IMG/VR virus record: IMGVR_UViG_3300030398_000007
Length of the DNA: 64,000 bases
Reading direction: 5' to 3' (one strand)
Origin: a virus
The notes below the pieces were generated by a model. That model did not search any database. It was given only the letters and a program-made list of their open reading frames with translations, and was not told the origin of the DNA. Position 1 is the stretch's first letter. Each line of letters opens with the position of its first letter. Below, in pieces: positions 1 through 7,658 of this stretch. A program made the position numbers and the translations under genes.

Positions 1-367
1 GAATGAGGGTTTAGAGGATCCTGGCCCTCAGTTCAAACATGGAACAACGCTCAGAAAGGTTGAGAACACAGAAACAAAAGGGAACAACCACCCGACCGTC
101 AAACCGACCGAACTCATGAAATGGCTCTGCGGACTTGTGACGCCTGTCGGAGGAATTGTCCTGGATCCGTTTATGGGATCCGGATCAACGGGAAAGGCGG
201 CTATTCTTGAGGGGTTCAGATTCATTGGAATAGAACGCGAGATAGAATATGTAGAAATTGCAACCAAAAGGATTCAGGCTGTTTGTGACACAAAAAACAA
301 AGACAGGAGATTGCCAAAACCAGATCAACTTGAGTCTGGAAAAGATTTTGACAGAACCATGTTGTGA
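1..367 (+). CDS. DNA methyltransferase (beta-class N6A/N4C), C-terminal part; 5' end lies outside the window
   Basis: Frame-2 translation from nt 2 reads ...HPTVKPTELMKWLCGLV...VLDPFMGSGSTGKAA. This is the HPTxKP motif followed by the FxGSG SAM-binding motif in the order typical of beta-class MTases. Confidence 0.8.
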   Translation, partial: NEGLEDPGPQFKHGTTLRKVENTETKGNNHPTVKPTELMKWLCGLVTPVGGIVLDPFMGSGSTGKAAILEGFRFIGIEREIEYVEIATKRIQAVCDTKNKDRRLPKPDQLESGKDFDRTML

Positions 368-787
368 CTCATGTTCAAAAAAAATCAGTTGAAAGATAAA
401 GAATGTATAATAATCAAGAAGAATATTCATAGGATAAAACTTGTCCAGCGGAGATATAAGGCGTGTTTTGTGTTATACTAAAAGTACTCCAGAAGTGGAA
501 GAGACTCAGGAGCGTACCAACTCATTGACAACTGACGATATCGGTCGACGACAAGAGGCGTCGTCTCAGGACGCGCCTCGCAGTCGAGACCATAAGACGG
601 GTCTCTCTTGCTCGTCGATCGGTTGCCGAAACCTTAAAATCATTTTTCACGACCATTTTTGGAGAACGGCCATGACGGACACCAAGACGCAACGACAGAT
701 AAAAAGAACCACACGCCAAATTGGCGTATGGACCGCTGCGTCTGACGGCGACGATCCGCTCATTTGATTTTTCTCTTTGAGTGATTG

Positions 788-830
788 AGGGCCTCCGGGA
801 CGCAGCTTCCGGGGGCCTTTTTTATTTTGA
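788..830 (+). terminator. Rho-independent terminator (GC hairpin gggcctccgg...ccgggggcc followed by a T-run)
   Basis: Stem-loop plus TTTTTTATTTT read directly in the sequence. Confidence 0.6.
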
Positions 831-929
831 CGATTTTTTGGAATTGTATTGGTTGTAAGATTCCAGAAGCTAATTCCCTCGAATTCTAGGTAATTGGAAA
901 ATCGTCAAACGAAAAAGAAAGGCGTAAAC

Positions 930-1005
930 GGACCCATAGCTCAATTGGTAGAGCTGCCGGCTCATAACCGGAGGGTTGCAGGATCGAAACCTGCTGGGTC
1001 CACCA
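930..1005 (+). tRNA. tRNA-Met/Ile2 (anticodon CAT)
   Basis: Cloverleaf with acceptor ggaccca/tgggtcc, anticodon loop ctCATaa, T-arm gcagg/cctgc, encoded CCA. Confidence 0.8.
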
Positions 1006-1010
1006 ATAAT

Positions 1011-1088
1011 TCTGGCTTCGTCTAAAGGCAGGACGCCCGTCTTTGAAACGGGAAATCGTATTGGGTTCGAGTCCCCGAGCCAGAACCA
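1011..1088 (+). tRNA. tRNA-Gln (anticodon TTG), 8-nt variable loop
   Basis: Acceptor tctggct/agccaga + A + CCA; anticodon stem cccgt/acggg with loop ctTTGaa; T-loop TTCGAGT. Confidence 0.6.
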
Positions 1089-1116
1089 AATTGACAAATA
1101 AATAAAGGTTTTTATC

Positions 1117-1193
1117 GCCCCTGTAACTCAGCTGGCTAGAGTATCCCCCTTGTAAGGGGAAAGTCGAGAGTTCAAATCTCTCCGGGGGCTCCA
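1117..1193 (+). tRNA. tRNA-Thr (anticodon TGT)
   Basis: Acceptor gcccctg/cgggggc, anticodon stem tcccc/gggga with loop ctTGTaa, T-loop TTCAAAT, CCA. Confidence 0.8.
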
Positions 1194-1202
1194 TTTTTAC
1201 AT

Positions 1203-1276
1203 TCGGGATTGATCTAACGGTAGGATAACCGATTCTGAATCGGTTTGTCGTGGTTCGAATCCATGATCCCGAGCCA
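1203..1276 (+). tRNA. tRNA-Gln (anticodon CTG)
   Basis: Acceptor tcgggat/atcccga, anticodon stem accga/tcggt with loop ttCTGaa, T-loop TTCGAAT, CCA. Confidence 0.75.
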
Positions 1277-1286
1277 ATTTATTCAT

Positions 1287-1360
1287 GGGCTGTTAGCTCC
1301 AAGGCGGAGCAACTGGCTTTTAACCAGTGGGGCAGGGTCCGATTCCCTGGCAGCTCACCA
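1287..1360 (+). tRNA. tRNA-Lys (anticodon TTT)
   Basis: D-stem gctc/gagc, anticodon stem actgg/ccagt with loop ctTTTaa, T-stem caggg/ccctg, CCA. Confidence 0.75.
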
Positions 1361-1371
1361 TTGAAATTCAT

Positions 1372-1448
1372 GCCCCCGTAGTTCAGTCGACAAGAACGCC
1401 TGACTTCGGATCAGGAGGTCGCAGGTTCAAATCCTGCCGGGGGTTCCA
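1372..1448 (+). tRNA. tRNA-Arg (anticodon TCG)
   Basis: Acceptor gcccccg/cgggggt, anticodon stem cctga/tcagg with loop ctTCGga, T-loop TTCAAAT, CCA. Confidence 0.7.
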
Positions 1449-1461
1449 TAATTAAAGATAC

Positions 1462-1538
1462 GCTTCTGTAGCTCAGTGGTAGAGCAACCCTCTCGTAAAG
1501 GGTAGGTCGTCCGGGTTCAAATCCCACCAGAAGCTCCA
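1462..1538 (+). tRNA. tRNA-Thr (anticodon CGT)
   Basis: Acceptor gcttctg/cagaagc, anticodon stem accct/agggt with loop ctCGTaa, T-loop TTCAAAT, CCA. Confidence 0.8.
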
Positions 1539-1544
1539 ACATAT

Positions 1545-1619
1545 CCGTGGGTAGTCTAATGGCTGGGCACTCGCCTGATTAGCGAGACTATGGAGGTTCG
1601 ATTCCTTCCCCACGGACCA
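1545..1619 (+). tRNA. tRNA-Ile (anticodon GAT)
   Basis: Acceptor ccgtggg/cccacgg, anticodon stem ctcgc/gcgag with loop ctGATta, T-stem ggagg/ccttc, CCA. Confidence 0.65.
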
Positions 1620-1626
1620 GTTTAAC

Positions 1627-1702
1627 GGGTCACTAGCTCAGCAGGAAGAGCGCCTGTCTCTTAAACAGGAGGTTCCCGGATCAAGACCGGGGCGACCCAC
1701 CA
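1627..1702 (+). tRNA. tRNA-Lys (anticodon CTT)
   Basis: Anticodon stem cctgt/acagg with loop ctCTTaa, T-stem cccgg/ccggg, CCA. One acceptor mismatch and an atypical T-loop ATCAAGA. Confidence 0.65.
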
Positions 1703-1713
1703 GGTTTTTGTAC

Positions 1714-1788
1714 GCCCTTGTATCTCAACGGTAGAGACCGTGCATGGTAAGCACGAGGCTGTGGGTTCGACTCCCTCCGAGGGCTCCA
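1714..1788 (+). tRNA. tRNA-Thr (anticodon GGT)
   Basis: Acceptor gcccttg/cgagggc, anticodon stem cgtgc/gcacg with loop atGGTaa, T-loop TTCGACT, CCA. Confidence 0.75.
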
Positions 1789-1795
1789 GCATTAT

Positions 1796-1871
1796 GCCTC
1801 CGTGGCCCAACGGAAGGGAGACCGTTTCCTAAACGGTTTTTATGCAGGTTCGAGTCCTGTCGGAGGCGCCA
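1796..1871 (+). tRNA. tRNA-Arg (anticodon CCT)
   Basis: Acceptor gcctccg/cggaggc, anticodon stem accgt/acggt with loop ttCCTaa, T-loop TTCGAGT, CCA. Confidence 0.75.
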
Positions 1872-1920
1872 TTTAGTGAAGGCAAAACTTGATCTCGCAA
1901 TTTGCGATTTCAAACTTTAG

Positions 1921-1999
1921 GTTCCCGTAGCTCAACAGGAAAGAGCACTCGTCTACGAAACGAGAGGCTGACCGGGTTCAAATCCCTCCGGGGACACCA
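1921..1999 (+). tRNA. tRNA-Arg (anticodon ACG), T-stem imperfect
   Basis: Acceptor gttcccg/cggggac, anticodon stem ctcgt/acgag with loop ctACGaa, CCA. The T-arm pairs poorly, so this may be a degenerate copy of the Arg-ACG tRNA at 43129-43205. Confidence 0.6.
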
Positions 2000-2052
2000 A
2001 ACATGGAGTAATCATTATGCTTCCCAAATTTCCGCCGCCTTTGTAAATGCAC

Positions 2053-2224
2053 GCCCCTGTAGCCTAAAGGACCAGGCACCCGTCTTCTAAACGGTTCGAC
2101 AGCCAAACTGCCATATGCGTGTTCGTCCGTGCGCAGGAAGAGGACGCGCACTCCGGTCCTCGATCCGCGTTACGGACAGGAGAAGTCCGTTCCTTGGACT
2201 CGGACGAGTCACGCCAGGGGCGCC
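2053..2224 (+). ncRNA. Aberrant 172-nt tRNA-like gene: Arg(TCT)-like 5' half and a perfect acceptor 3' end + CCA flanking a ~105-nt GC-rich insert
   Basis: 5' gcccctg pairs with 3' caggggc-g-cca, the same acceptor as tRNA-Arg at 43129. D-stem gcct/aggc, anticodon stem ccgt/acgg with loop ctTCTaa, then a GC-rich hairpin-rich insert (gtgcgc...gcgcac) with no canonical T-arm. Confidence 0.45.
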
Positions 2225-2272
2225 ACCTTCTTAACAGAACTCTCTTAAGGAAAACTATTATCGAGTAACAAC

Positions 2273-2308
2273 TATTTATTAATTAACGGTTATTTATTAA
2301 TTAACAAA
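2273..2308. repeat. Tandem direct repeat TATTTATTAATTAAC x2 in an AT-rich intergenic region
   Basis: Read directly in the sequence. Confidence 0.6.
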
Positions 2309-2375
2309 TCGCAACAAAATGGGGTAGAAAAAACGAAAACGCAGTGGTAATATTATATATTATTGGAGGGGGCCA

Positions 2376-2417
2376 TGATTCGCAAACATATTCACATGAC
2401 GGCCGAAATTCCATATT
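2376..2417 (+). pseudogene. 13-codon remnant (MIRKHIHMTAEIP*) duplicating the 5' end and RBS of the gene at 42712-43053
   Basis: About 90% nucleotide identity over ~45 nt to the reverse complement of 43013-43060, with its own GGAGG RBS. Confidence 0.6.
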
Positions 2418-2429
2418 GAGCCAAAAGAC

Positions 2430-2936
2430 GTGTCCTGGGTATACACACACGTCGGGACAGAGAATCAAATAGCCATGGGGATCCTGGCTCCAGTCTTGTC
2501 CAATGCGTTCAAGGCCGTCGTGGCAAAATACACGGCAGAAGAATTGATTACGAAAAGGAATCTTGTCAAAGCCGAAATAGACGTCCGTCTGGCCAAAAGT
2601 TTATTTACTTACAAAACGCTGGTGGACGGCGTCAACATTACGAACTTCTCCTTCTCTCCTGAATTCGAAAAGGCAATCGAACGCAAACAGGTTGCCCAGC
2701 AACGGTCCTTGCAGGCACAGTACGAACTGGACAGATCCCGTGTCAAGGCGAAGCAAAAAGTTGTCACGGCCAAGGCGGACGCAGACGCCTTGAAACTCAA
2801 ACAGGCCGTTTTGACACCCATGCTTCTCCAGCTTGAGGCAATCAAACACTGGAACGGTGTGTTGCCCATGGTGACAGGATCTGGTGGCGTTCCCTTGATC
2901 AACATTGGTGCACTAAATGGTCACATTAAACGTTGA
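2430..2936 (+). CDS. SPFH/band-7 (prohibitin/HflC-like) domain protein, N-terminally truncated (GTG start; missing TM/N-terminal part)
   Basis: ELITKRNLVKAEI...FSPEFEKAIERKQVAQQ...QYELDRSRVKAKQ is the characteristic SPFH C-terminal coiled region. Confidence 0.55.
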   Translation: MSWVYTHVGTENQIAMGILAPVLSNAFKAVVAKYTAEELITKRNLVKAEIDVRLAKSLFTYKTLVDGVNITNFSFSPEFEKAIERKQVAQQRSLQAQYELDRSRVKAKQKVVTAKADADALKLKQAVLTPMLLQLEAIKHWNGVLPMVTGSGGVPLINIGALNGHIKR

Positions 2937-2966
2937 GTTTAAACTATTTATTTTGGAGGACACATT

Positions 2967-3239
2967 ATGAACGCAAAAACATACAAATGGTTAAATTTAG
3001 TATATCTGGCCGGGTTCCTGACGTCTATTGTTGGATTATTCAATAATGAAATATTCGCTGTCGCGCTTTGTATTGTAATGAGTCTAATGTCATTGGCAGA
3101 ATCATGTGTTTCCAAACGCCTTGGTGAAGGGTCAACCGGATTAAGAGTTTTTAGATACGTCATAACTGCTGTTGTCGGTGGTGGGATTTTCCTGGTGCTT
3201 TTTGAAACATGGCCAGACTTGCCTCGGAACATACTGTGA
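2967..3239 (+). CDS. Small membrane protein (2-3 TM), hypothetical
   Basis: ORF with GGAGG RBS and hydrophobic segments. Confidence 0.45.
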   Translation: MNAKTYKWLNLVYLAGFLTSIVGLFNNEIFAVALCIVMSLMSLAESCVSKRLGEGSTGLRVFRYVITAVVGGGIFLVLFETWPDLPRNIL

Positions 3240-3599
3240 TTGCTGAGGACCTTGCGCTTTCAGGATTTTTATTCCCCACCGGTTTATGACGGGATTTTGG
3301 CTGCGGCTTCTCTGTTACACCTTCAACCTGGAGAACTGCGGTCAGCCATTGAAAAACTCGTTGGAGCACTGGTTCCTGGCGGTGTGTTGTGCGCGACGTT
3401 TAAACGCGGAGAGGGGCCTTGTGTTGAAAAAGACGGGAGATTTTTCTATAAGGTCACCACAGCAAAACTGGAACAGGTGTTTGGTCTGGTCCCTCATATC
3501 GGAAATTTGTGTTTCGAGGAGACTCTTGGCTCCAGCTCTTTCGCACAGCCCACGAAATGGCTCGTTGCCTATGCGACAAAGTCAAAATGGAGGATCTGA
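3240..3599 (+). pseudogene. C-terminal fragment of a class I SAM-dependent methyltransferase (no N-terminal SAM-binding part)
   Basis: DGILAAASLLHL...LVPGGVL... pattern of a Methyltransf_11/25 C-terminal half. Starts at TTG immediately after the upstream stop. Confidence 0.4.
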
Positions 3600-4276
3600 C
3601 TGTGAATATTCCTGTATGGCATGCCGGACATGCTGATATAGCTGCCTTGTCAGGCCTTGACAACTTGGTTTGGGGCGACAAATGCCCGGAACCAACGGGG
3701 ATTATTAAGTTCTGGAATAACCAGGAAAGACACCGCCAGAAAACTCCATGGCTGGGTGCCAGCCTCAGTATCACGCCCCCGTTTTGTTCACTTCCTGGGG
3801 GCAGTGCGATTGCTGAGTTTAAAAACCGTAATGAAGCTGCCTGGGGCAAAATCATAAAACATGGGTATGTCCTCACCGTGTGGCAATCTGAAACTCTTGT
3901 TGGATCCGTGGCCGTTGTTCTATTTAGATACGGAGGGTCCGTACACGGCAGGGTTCATAAGGTCAGCGTTCACCCGGAGCATAGGTTGTCTGGAATTGGA
4001 ACGGCTCTTATGCGGGAAACTATTCGAATGGCCGATAAACACTCGCTTTCCCTAAGTGTTTCGGCAAATCAGGATAATCCCGCTGCGGTACAACTATACA
4101 GAAAGGCAGGCTTCAATATTCTGAACGGGAATGACTTGTCAAAACATACAAACTTGCTGTCCAACGCGGGAATTGAGTTTTCTTTTCATGCTCAAAAAAT
4201 TCAGTTGGTCAGACCTGTTGGGCACTCAAGAGTGACAACCAGAAGCAAAGAAACATTAACATTGGCGCGCGAATAA
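3587..4276 (+). CDS. GNAT family N-acetyltransferase (start uncertain; ORF open from 3509)
   Basis: VHKVSVHPEHRLSGIGTALMRETIRMA...LYRKAGF is GNAT motif A/B. Confidence 0.6.
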   Translation: MEDLTVNIPVWHAGHADIAALSGLDNLVWGDKCPEPTGIIKFWNNQERHRQKTPWLGASLSITPPFCSLPGGSAIAEFKNRNEAAWGKIIKHGYVLTVWQSETLVGSVAVVLFRYGGSVHGRVHKVSVHPEHRLSGIGTALMRETIRMADKHSLSLSVSANQDNPAAVQLYRKAGFNILNGNDLSKHTNLLSNAGIEFSFHAQKIQLVRPVGHSRVTTRSKETLTLARE

Positions 4277-4329
4277 ATGTGTTCCGCGAAAGGACGAAGA
4301 ATAGTGTTGTATTTTCTAAAAACAGTATG

Positions 4330-4467
4330 ATATACTCTTTAACAGAATGGCGCCGTAATTCTCCGCCATTTATGGAGGGGATATAAGGCGTGTTATCAAA
4401 AGACTCGGGCTGGAGTCTTTGGCGCGTAGCGCCTAGAAGCCCCTTCCTGAAGGAAGGGGAGCAGTCA
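4330..4467 (+). mobile_element. Miniature IS605-family derivative (LE+RE only, MITE/PATE-like) related to the tnpB element at 45190-46455
   Basis: acagaatggcgccgtaattctccgccat... (LE) joined to aaagactcgggctggagtctttggcgcgtagcgcctagaagc...ggggagcagtcac (RE). The same ends flank tnpB at 45238-46389. Confidence 0.75.
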
Positions 4468-4612
4468 CAGTGATTGGTCCTTGTCATGAGAGAAGATATT
4501 GGCCTTCAGAACTGCCAGTTAAAACATTTGAATCCATTTTATTAACCTGTGGAGATCTTCCGAGAACAATAGAAAAATCCATTGAACTGCGCAATAAAAA
4601 TCTGGAAATGCC

Positions 4613-5011
4613 ATGTCGTTAACGAACAAATCCAAAACGCATACAATATCGTTTTCAGAAGCCAAAAACGTCATTACTAAACTCAATAAGTCTGCCACAA
4701 CTCCACAATCTGTTATTGACTTAAAAATTCCAGGAGTTTATTTCCTGTTTAAGGACGATACTCTCGTTTATATCGGCCAATCGACACACGTTCCAACCAG
4801 AATCGCCGCGCACGTCCGGGAAGGGCGCCTGGAATTCGACAAGGTCTCCTTTATTCGCGTTCCTCCGGAACGGCTGCTGGAAGTCGAGGCTTATTACATT
4901 GATCTGTTGTGGCCGGAAGAAAACCAGACGGGTGAACGTGCCGAAATCAGAAAGCAAATCGAGGAGGCCGAATTGAATCTGGTCGGAGAAACAGAAGGAT
5001 TTGACAATTAG
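4613..5011 (+). CDS. GIY-YIG domain nuclease (stand-alone)
   Basis: GVYFLF...LVYIGQS...R...H...E matches the GIY-YIG catalytic motif pattern. Confidence 0.55.
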   Translation: MSLTNKSKTHTISFSEAKNVITKLNKSATTPQSVIDLKIPGVYFLFKDDTLVYIGQSTHVPTRIAAHVREGRLEFDKVSFIRVPPERLLEVEAYYIDLLWPEENQTGERAEIRKQIEEAELNLVGETEGFDN

Positions 5012-5291
5012 TATGATATAAAATATACTGATTGTCATTAAATGAAAAAACTGCAGGAGGAAACACCATGAAAAAATATATACTTACAGGATTGGTCACC
5101 GTTTCTGCAACGGCAACCGTTTACGCCAAATCTCTGGCTTAGGCTTTAGAGAAAAGCAAGGATTTTGAAAAAATGCTGGACAATGGTTGTCGCTTTCCAG
5201 ACGACGAAGTTTGGTTGGTCTCGGAGGTTGACGGAGAAGTTGTTGATATCACCATTGAAGAAACAAACGATTAATTAACAGGAAAATATTC

Positions 5292-5669
5292 ATGAAAATC
5301 AATCTCGTCTCAGATATACACCTGGAGACTTACGACTGGTTCCCGAAATTTTCCGCCAGAAAAGCCACGCAAATGTTTAATGGACTGTTCTCCTGTGACG
5401 TGCTGGTTCTGGCCGGGGATATCGTTTCGAGCCCGCGCATGCTGACCGAATGGCTGGAAACGTCTCCGGTGCCGGTCGTTTATCTGCTTGGTAACCATGA
5501 ATACTACGGAAAAAGTTTTGACAATACGCCAAACGTTTTCAGAACGGTATTGCAAAAATTGTCTCATGTCCACCTGCTGGATCGGGACACGGTTACCATT
5601 AATGGTGTCAAATTCATTGGAACAACACTGTGGACAGATTTCGTTTCAAACAAATTTTTTCAGTTTTAG
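5292..5669 (+). CDS. Calcineurin-like metallophosphoesterase, C-terminally truncated
   Basis: Motifs SDIHLE, AGDIV and GNHEYY are present; the downstream GH motifs are missing. The ORF ends just before tpsB. Confidence 0.5.
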   Translation: MKINLVSDIHLETYDWFPKFSARKATQMFNGLFSCDVLVLAGDIVSSPRMLTEWLETSPVPVVYLLGNHEYYGKSFDNTPNVFRTVLQKLSHVHLLDRDTVTINGVKFIGTTLWTDFVSNKFFQF

Positions 5670-5691
5670 ACCTAATAACATTGGAATATGT

Positions 5692-7263
5692 ATGAAAAAA
5701 GCAAAACGGGTTATATTTATTTTGGCCACGACAACCAGTTTTTTTATGGTTTGGCCATTTTGTGCCTTTGCGAATATTAAATCTTTGCCACATTTTATCT
5801 TTAAAGGAAATACCGTATATTCTTCAAAAATGTTGAATCATATTTGTTCCATGGGCGAGCAAAGTCGTATCAAAAAATCAAAAAATATTCAGACCCAATC
5901 TTGCGCTCAAAAAGTCACACACTTTTATCGTATTCACGGATATCTTCTGACAAAGGCAAAAGCCAGTCGAACAGATACGAGAACAATTATTGTCGTTGAA
6001 GGAAAATACGCCAAAATTATCGTCAAAAGCACCATACCTGGTTCGACAAATTTTCTGCAGTCCTTTTTTCAGAATGAACAATCTGGATCCGTTGTTCAGG
6101 AAGGTCCACTTGATCGCGATCTCCTCCTTTTAAGCGATTTGCCAGGCGTCCATGTTCTTTCGGCCTTTTTGCCAGGACCTGATTATGGAACGACAAATCT
6201 TGGCGTCAGTGTGATTCAGGCCGAAAAGATTTCAGGAGACGTTTCTGTCGACAACTATGGTAGTTCTTATACTGGCGGATTTCGTGTAAATGGCTCCGTT
6301 TCTGCAAACGATCTGTTTCATGAAGGAGACTCTCTTGGGGCGTTTGGCTCTTCTTCCGGACCCGGTTACAACTCTGGCGGGATAAATTATACGGCCACGC
6401 TCAACGGCAAGGGAACATTGGCTGGGGTTCAATATTCGGCCATGGATTACCGTCTCGGATACGGGTGGTGGTCTCCCAATCCGGGTGCTGTCAATTCGAC
6501 CGTTTTGTCGGTTCTCGGAAGCAGCGGCTATGGACAATCGATCGGCCTCTGGATTTCTCAAAACGTTGAAAGAACCAGGAACACTTCTGTGGTTCTCAAA
6601 CTTGAATATACCCATGACATTTATTCGGACACATTTAATTCAGCTTCTGGTGCTTCAAACAACAGGGAAATAGACGGACTGACATTTTCTGTTGTCGGAA
6701 ATACAGAGACGGCGCTTGGATCTTCTCAATTTAACCTGGCATACATGGAATACGATTTGACAGAAACGGGCGGATCCTTTGGCAACCCATATTTCGCAAC
6801 AACGCCTGGATTTCATGATCTGCTGTCAGGATCTATTGCTCAACAGATTCCGCTTCCAGGATTCGGAAACACCATTGGACTGTCGTTAAATGGACAATAT
6901 GCAGCAGAAGGACCCATTGACCCCAATATGGAATATGCCATTGGTGGCGTTAATTCTGTAGCAGCTTATTCAACGGCTATTTTGTTCGGGGTTGACGGTT
7001 ACAGCACAGATTTTTCTGTTCAGCACCAATTTTTGAAGCAAATTTTTGACGGAAACATGATCTTAGGTGGATTTTACGACATTGGTGGCATAACTTTGGG
7101 CAATCAGCTATTAACAATTATGGGTCCAGGTTTGAGAACCTCATGGACGTCTGGACCATGGGCATTACAGTTGACGGTTGCCACACCTGTAGGGGCAGCT
7201 CCTTCAATCGCCGGATATACAGCTCCTGTTGAAGTTTTTGCCGGTTTGAGGAGAACATTTTAA
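5692..7263 (+). CDS. Two-partner secretion transporter TpsB (ShlB/FhaC/HecB family, POTRA + beta-barrel)
   Basis: Signal peptide MKKAKRVIFILATT...AFA, POTRA-like IIVVEGKYAKIIV, and LLLSDLPGVHVLSAFLPGPDYGTTNLGV typical of ShlB/FhaC. Confidence 0.75.
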   Translation: MKKAKRVIFILATTTSFFMVWPFCAFANIKSLPHFIFKGNTVYSSKMLNHICSMGEQSRIKKSKNIQTQSCAQKVTHFYRIHGYLLTKAKASRTDTRTIIVVEGKYAKIIVKSTIPGSTNFLQSFFQNEQSGSVVQEGPLDRDLLLLSDLPGVHVLSAFLPGPDYGTTNLGVSVIQAEKISGDVSVDNYGSSYTGGFRVNGSVSANDLFHEGDSLGAFGSSSGPGYNSGGINYTATLNGKGTLAGVQYSAMDYRLGYGWWSPNPGAVNSTVLSVLGSSGYGQSIGLWISQNVERTRNTSVVLKLEYTHDIYSDTFNSASGASNNREIDGLTFSVVGNTETALGSSQFNLAYMEYDLTETGGSFGNPYFATTPGFHDLLSGSIAQQIPLPGFGNTIGLSLNGQYAAEGPIDPNMEYAIGGVNSVAAYSTAILFGVDGYSTDFSVQHQFLKQIFDGNMILGGFYDIGGITLGNQLLTIMGPGLRTSWTSGPWALQLTVATPVGAAPSIAGYTAPVEVFAGLRRTF

Positions 7264-7658
7264 TGCGCCACTTTAAATTGCCAGAAATATTGTTGTTCTT
7301 GTTGATTTTTACGGGGTGTTCAACTTCTGCAAATTTTCGAGCCACTCTTGTGACAAAAACAAAATTGTATCTGAATCCGGTCAAATATCGTGCAGTTGAA
7401 CAGAACGGACATGTACGTGGATACCATTGTCTTGAAGAACCTTTGTTTATAGACGGAGACATGGAAGAATTCATTCGGACAAACGTCATGTCTTTGTCCA
7501 CAGACGTTTTACCGGGAACAATTGCTGTTCGTAATGTTTTTATCAAAGTTGAAACAAAACATTCAGGATTATTTGCTAAAAGGTGCGTATATTTTAATGG
7601 GACAGCCGTTAAACCATTAATTCTATTGAATAATCGAATCCAAAAATTATACAAATAA
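7263..7658 (+). CDS. Lipoprotein (lipobox LIFTGC), hypothetical, between tpsB and tpsA
   Basis: MRHFKLPEILLFLLIFTGCSTS signal peptidase II motif. Confidence 0.5.
   Translation: MRHFKLPEILLFLLIFTGCSTSANFRATLVTKTKLYLNPVKYRAVEQNGHVRGYHCLEEPLFIDGDMEEFIRTNVMSLSTDVLPGTIAVRNVFIKVETKHSGLFAKRCVYFNGTAVKPLILLNNRIQKLYK

Noticed and set aside
870-2090. ORFs of 60-100 aa on both strands across the tRNA array (e.g. 886-1194, 1725-1913, 1902-2090)
   Set aside because: They overlap well-formed tRNA cloverleaves with encoded CCA ends; no RBS and no plausible protein features.
2053-2224. Group I intron within the long tRNA-like gene
   Set aside because: The insert (~105 nt) is far too short for a group I or II intron and is not in the anticodon loop. 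An archaeal-type bulge-helix-bulge intron was also not evident.
5488-5691. Upstream extension of the TpsB ORF (annotated start 5488)
   Set aside because: It overlaps the phosphoesterase gene in another frame. The signal peptide and a reasonable start occur at the ATG at 5692.
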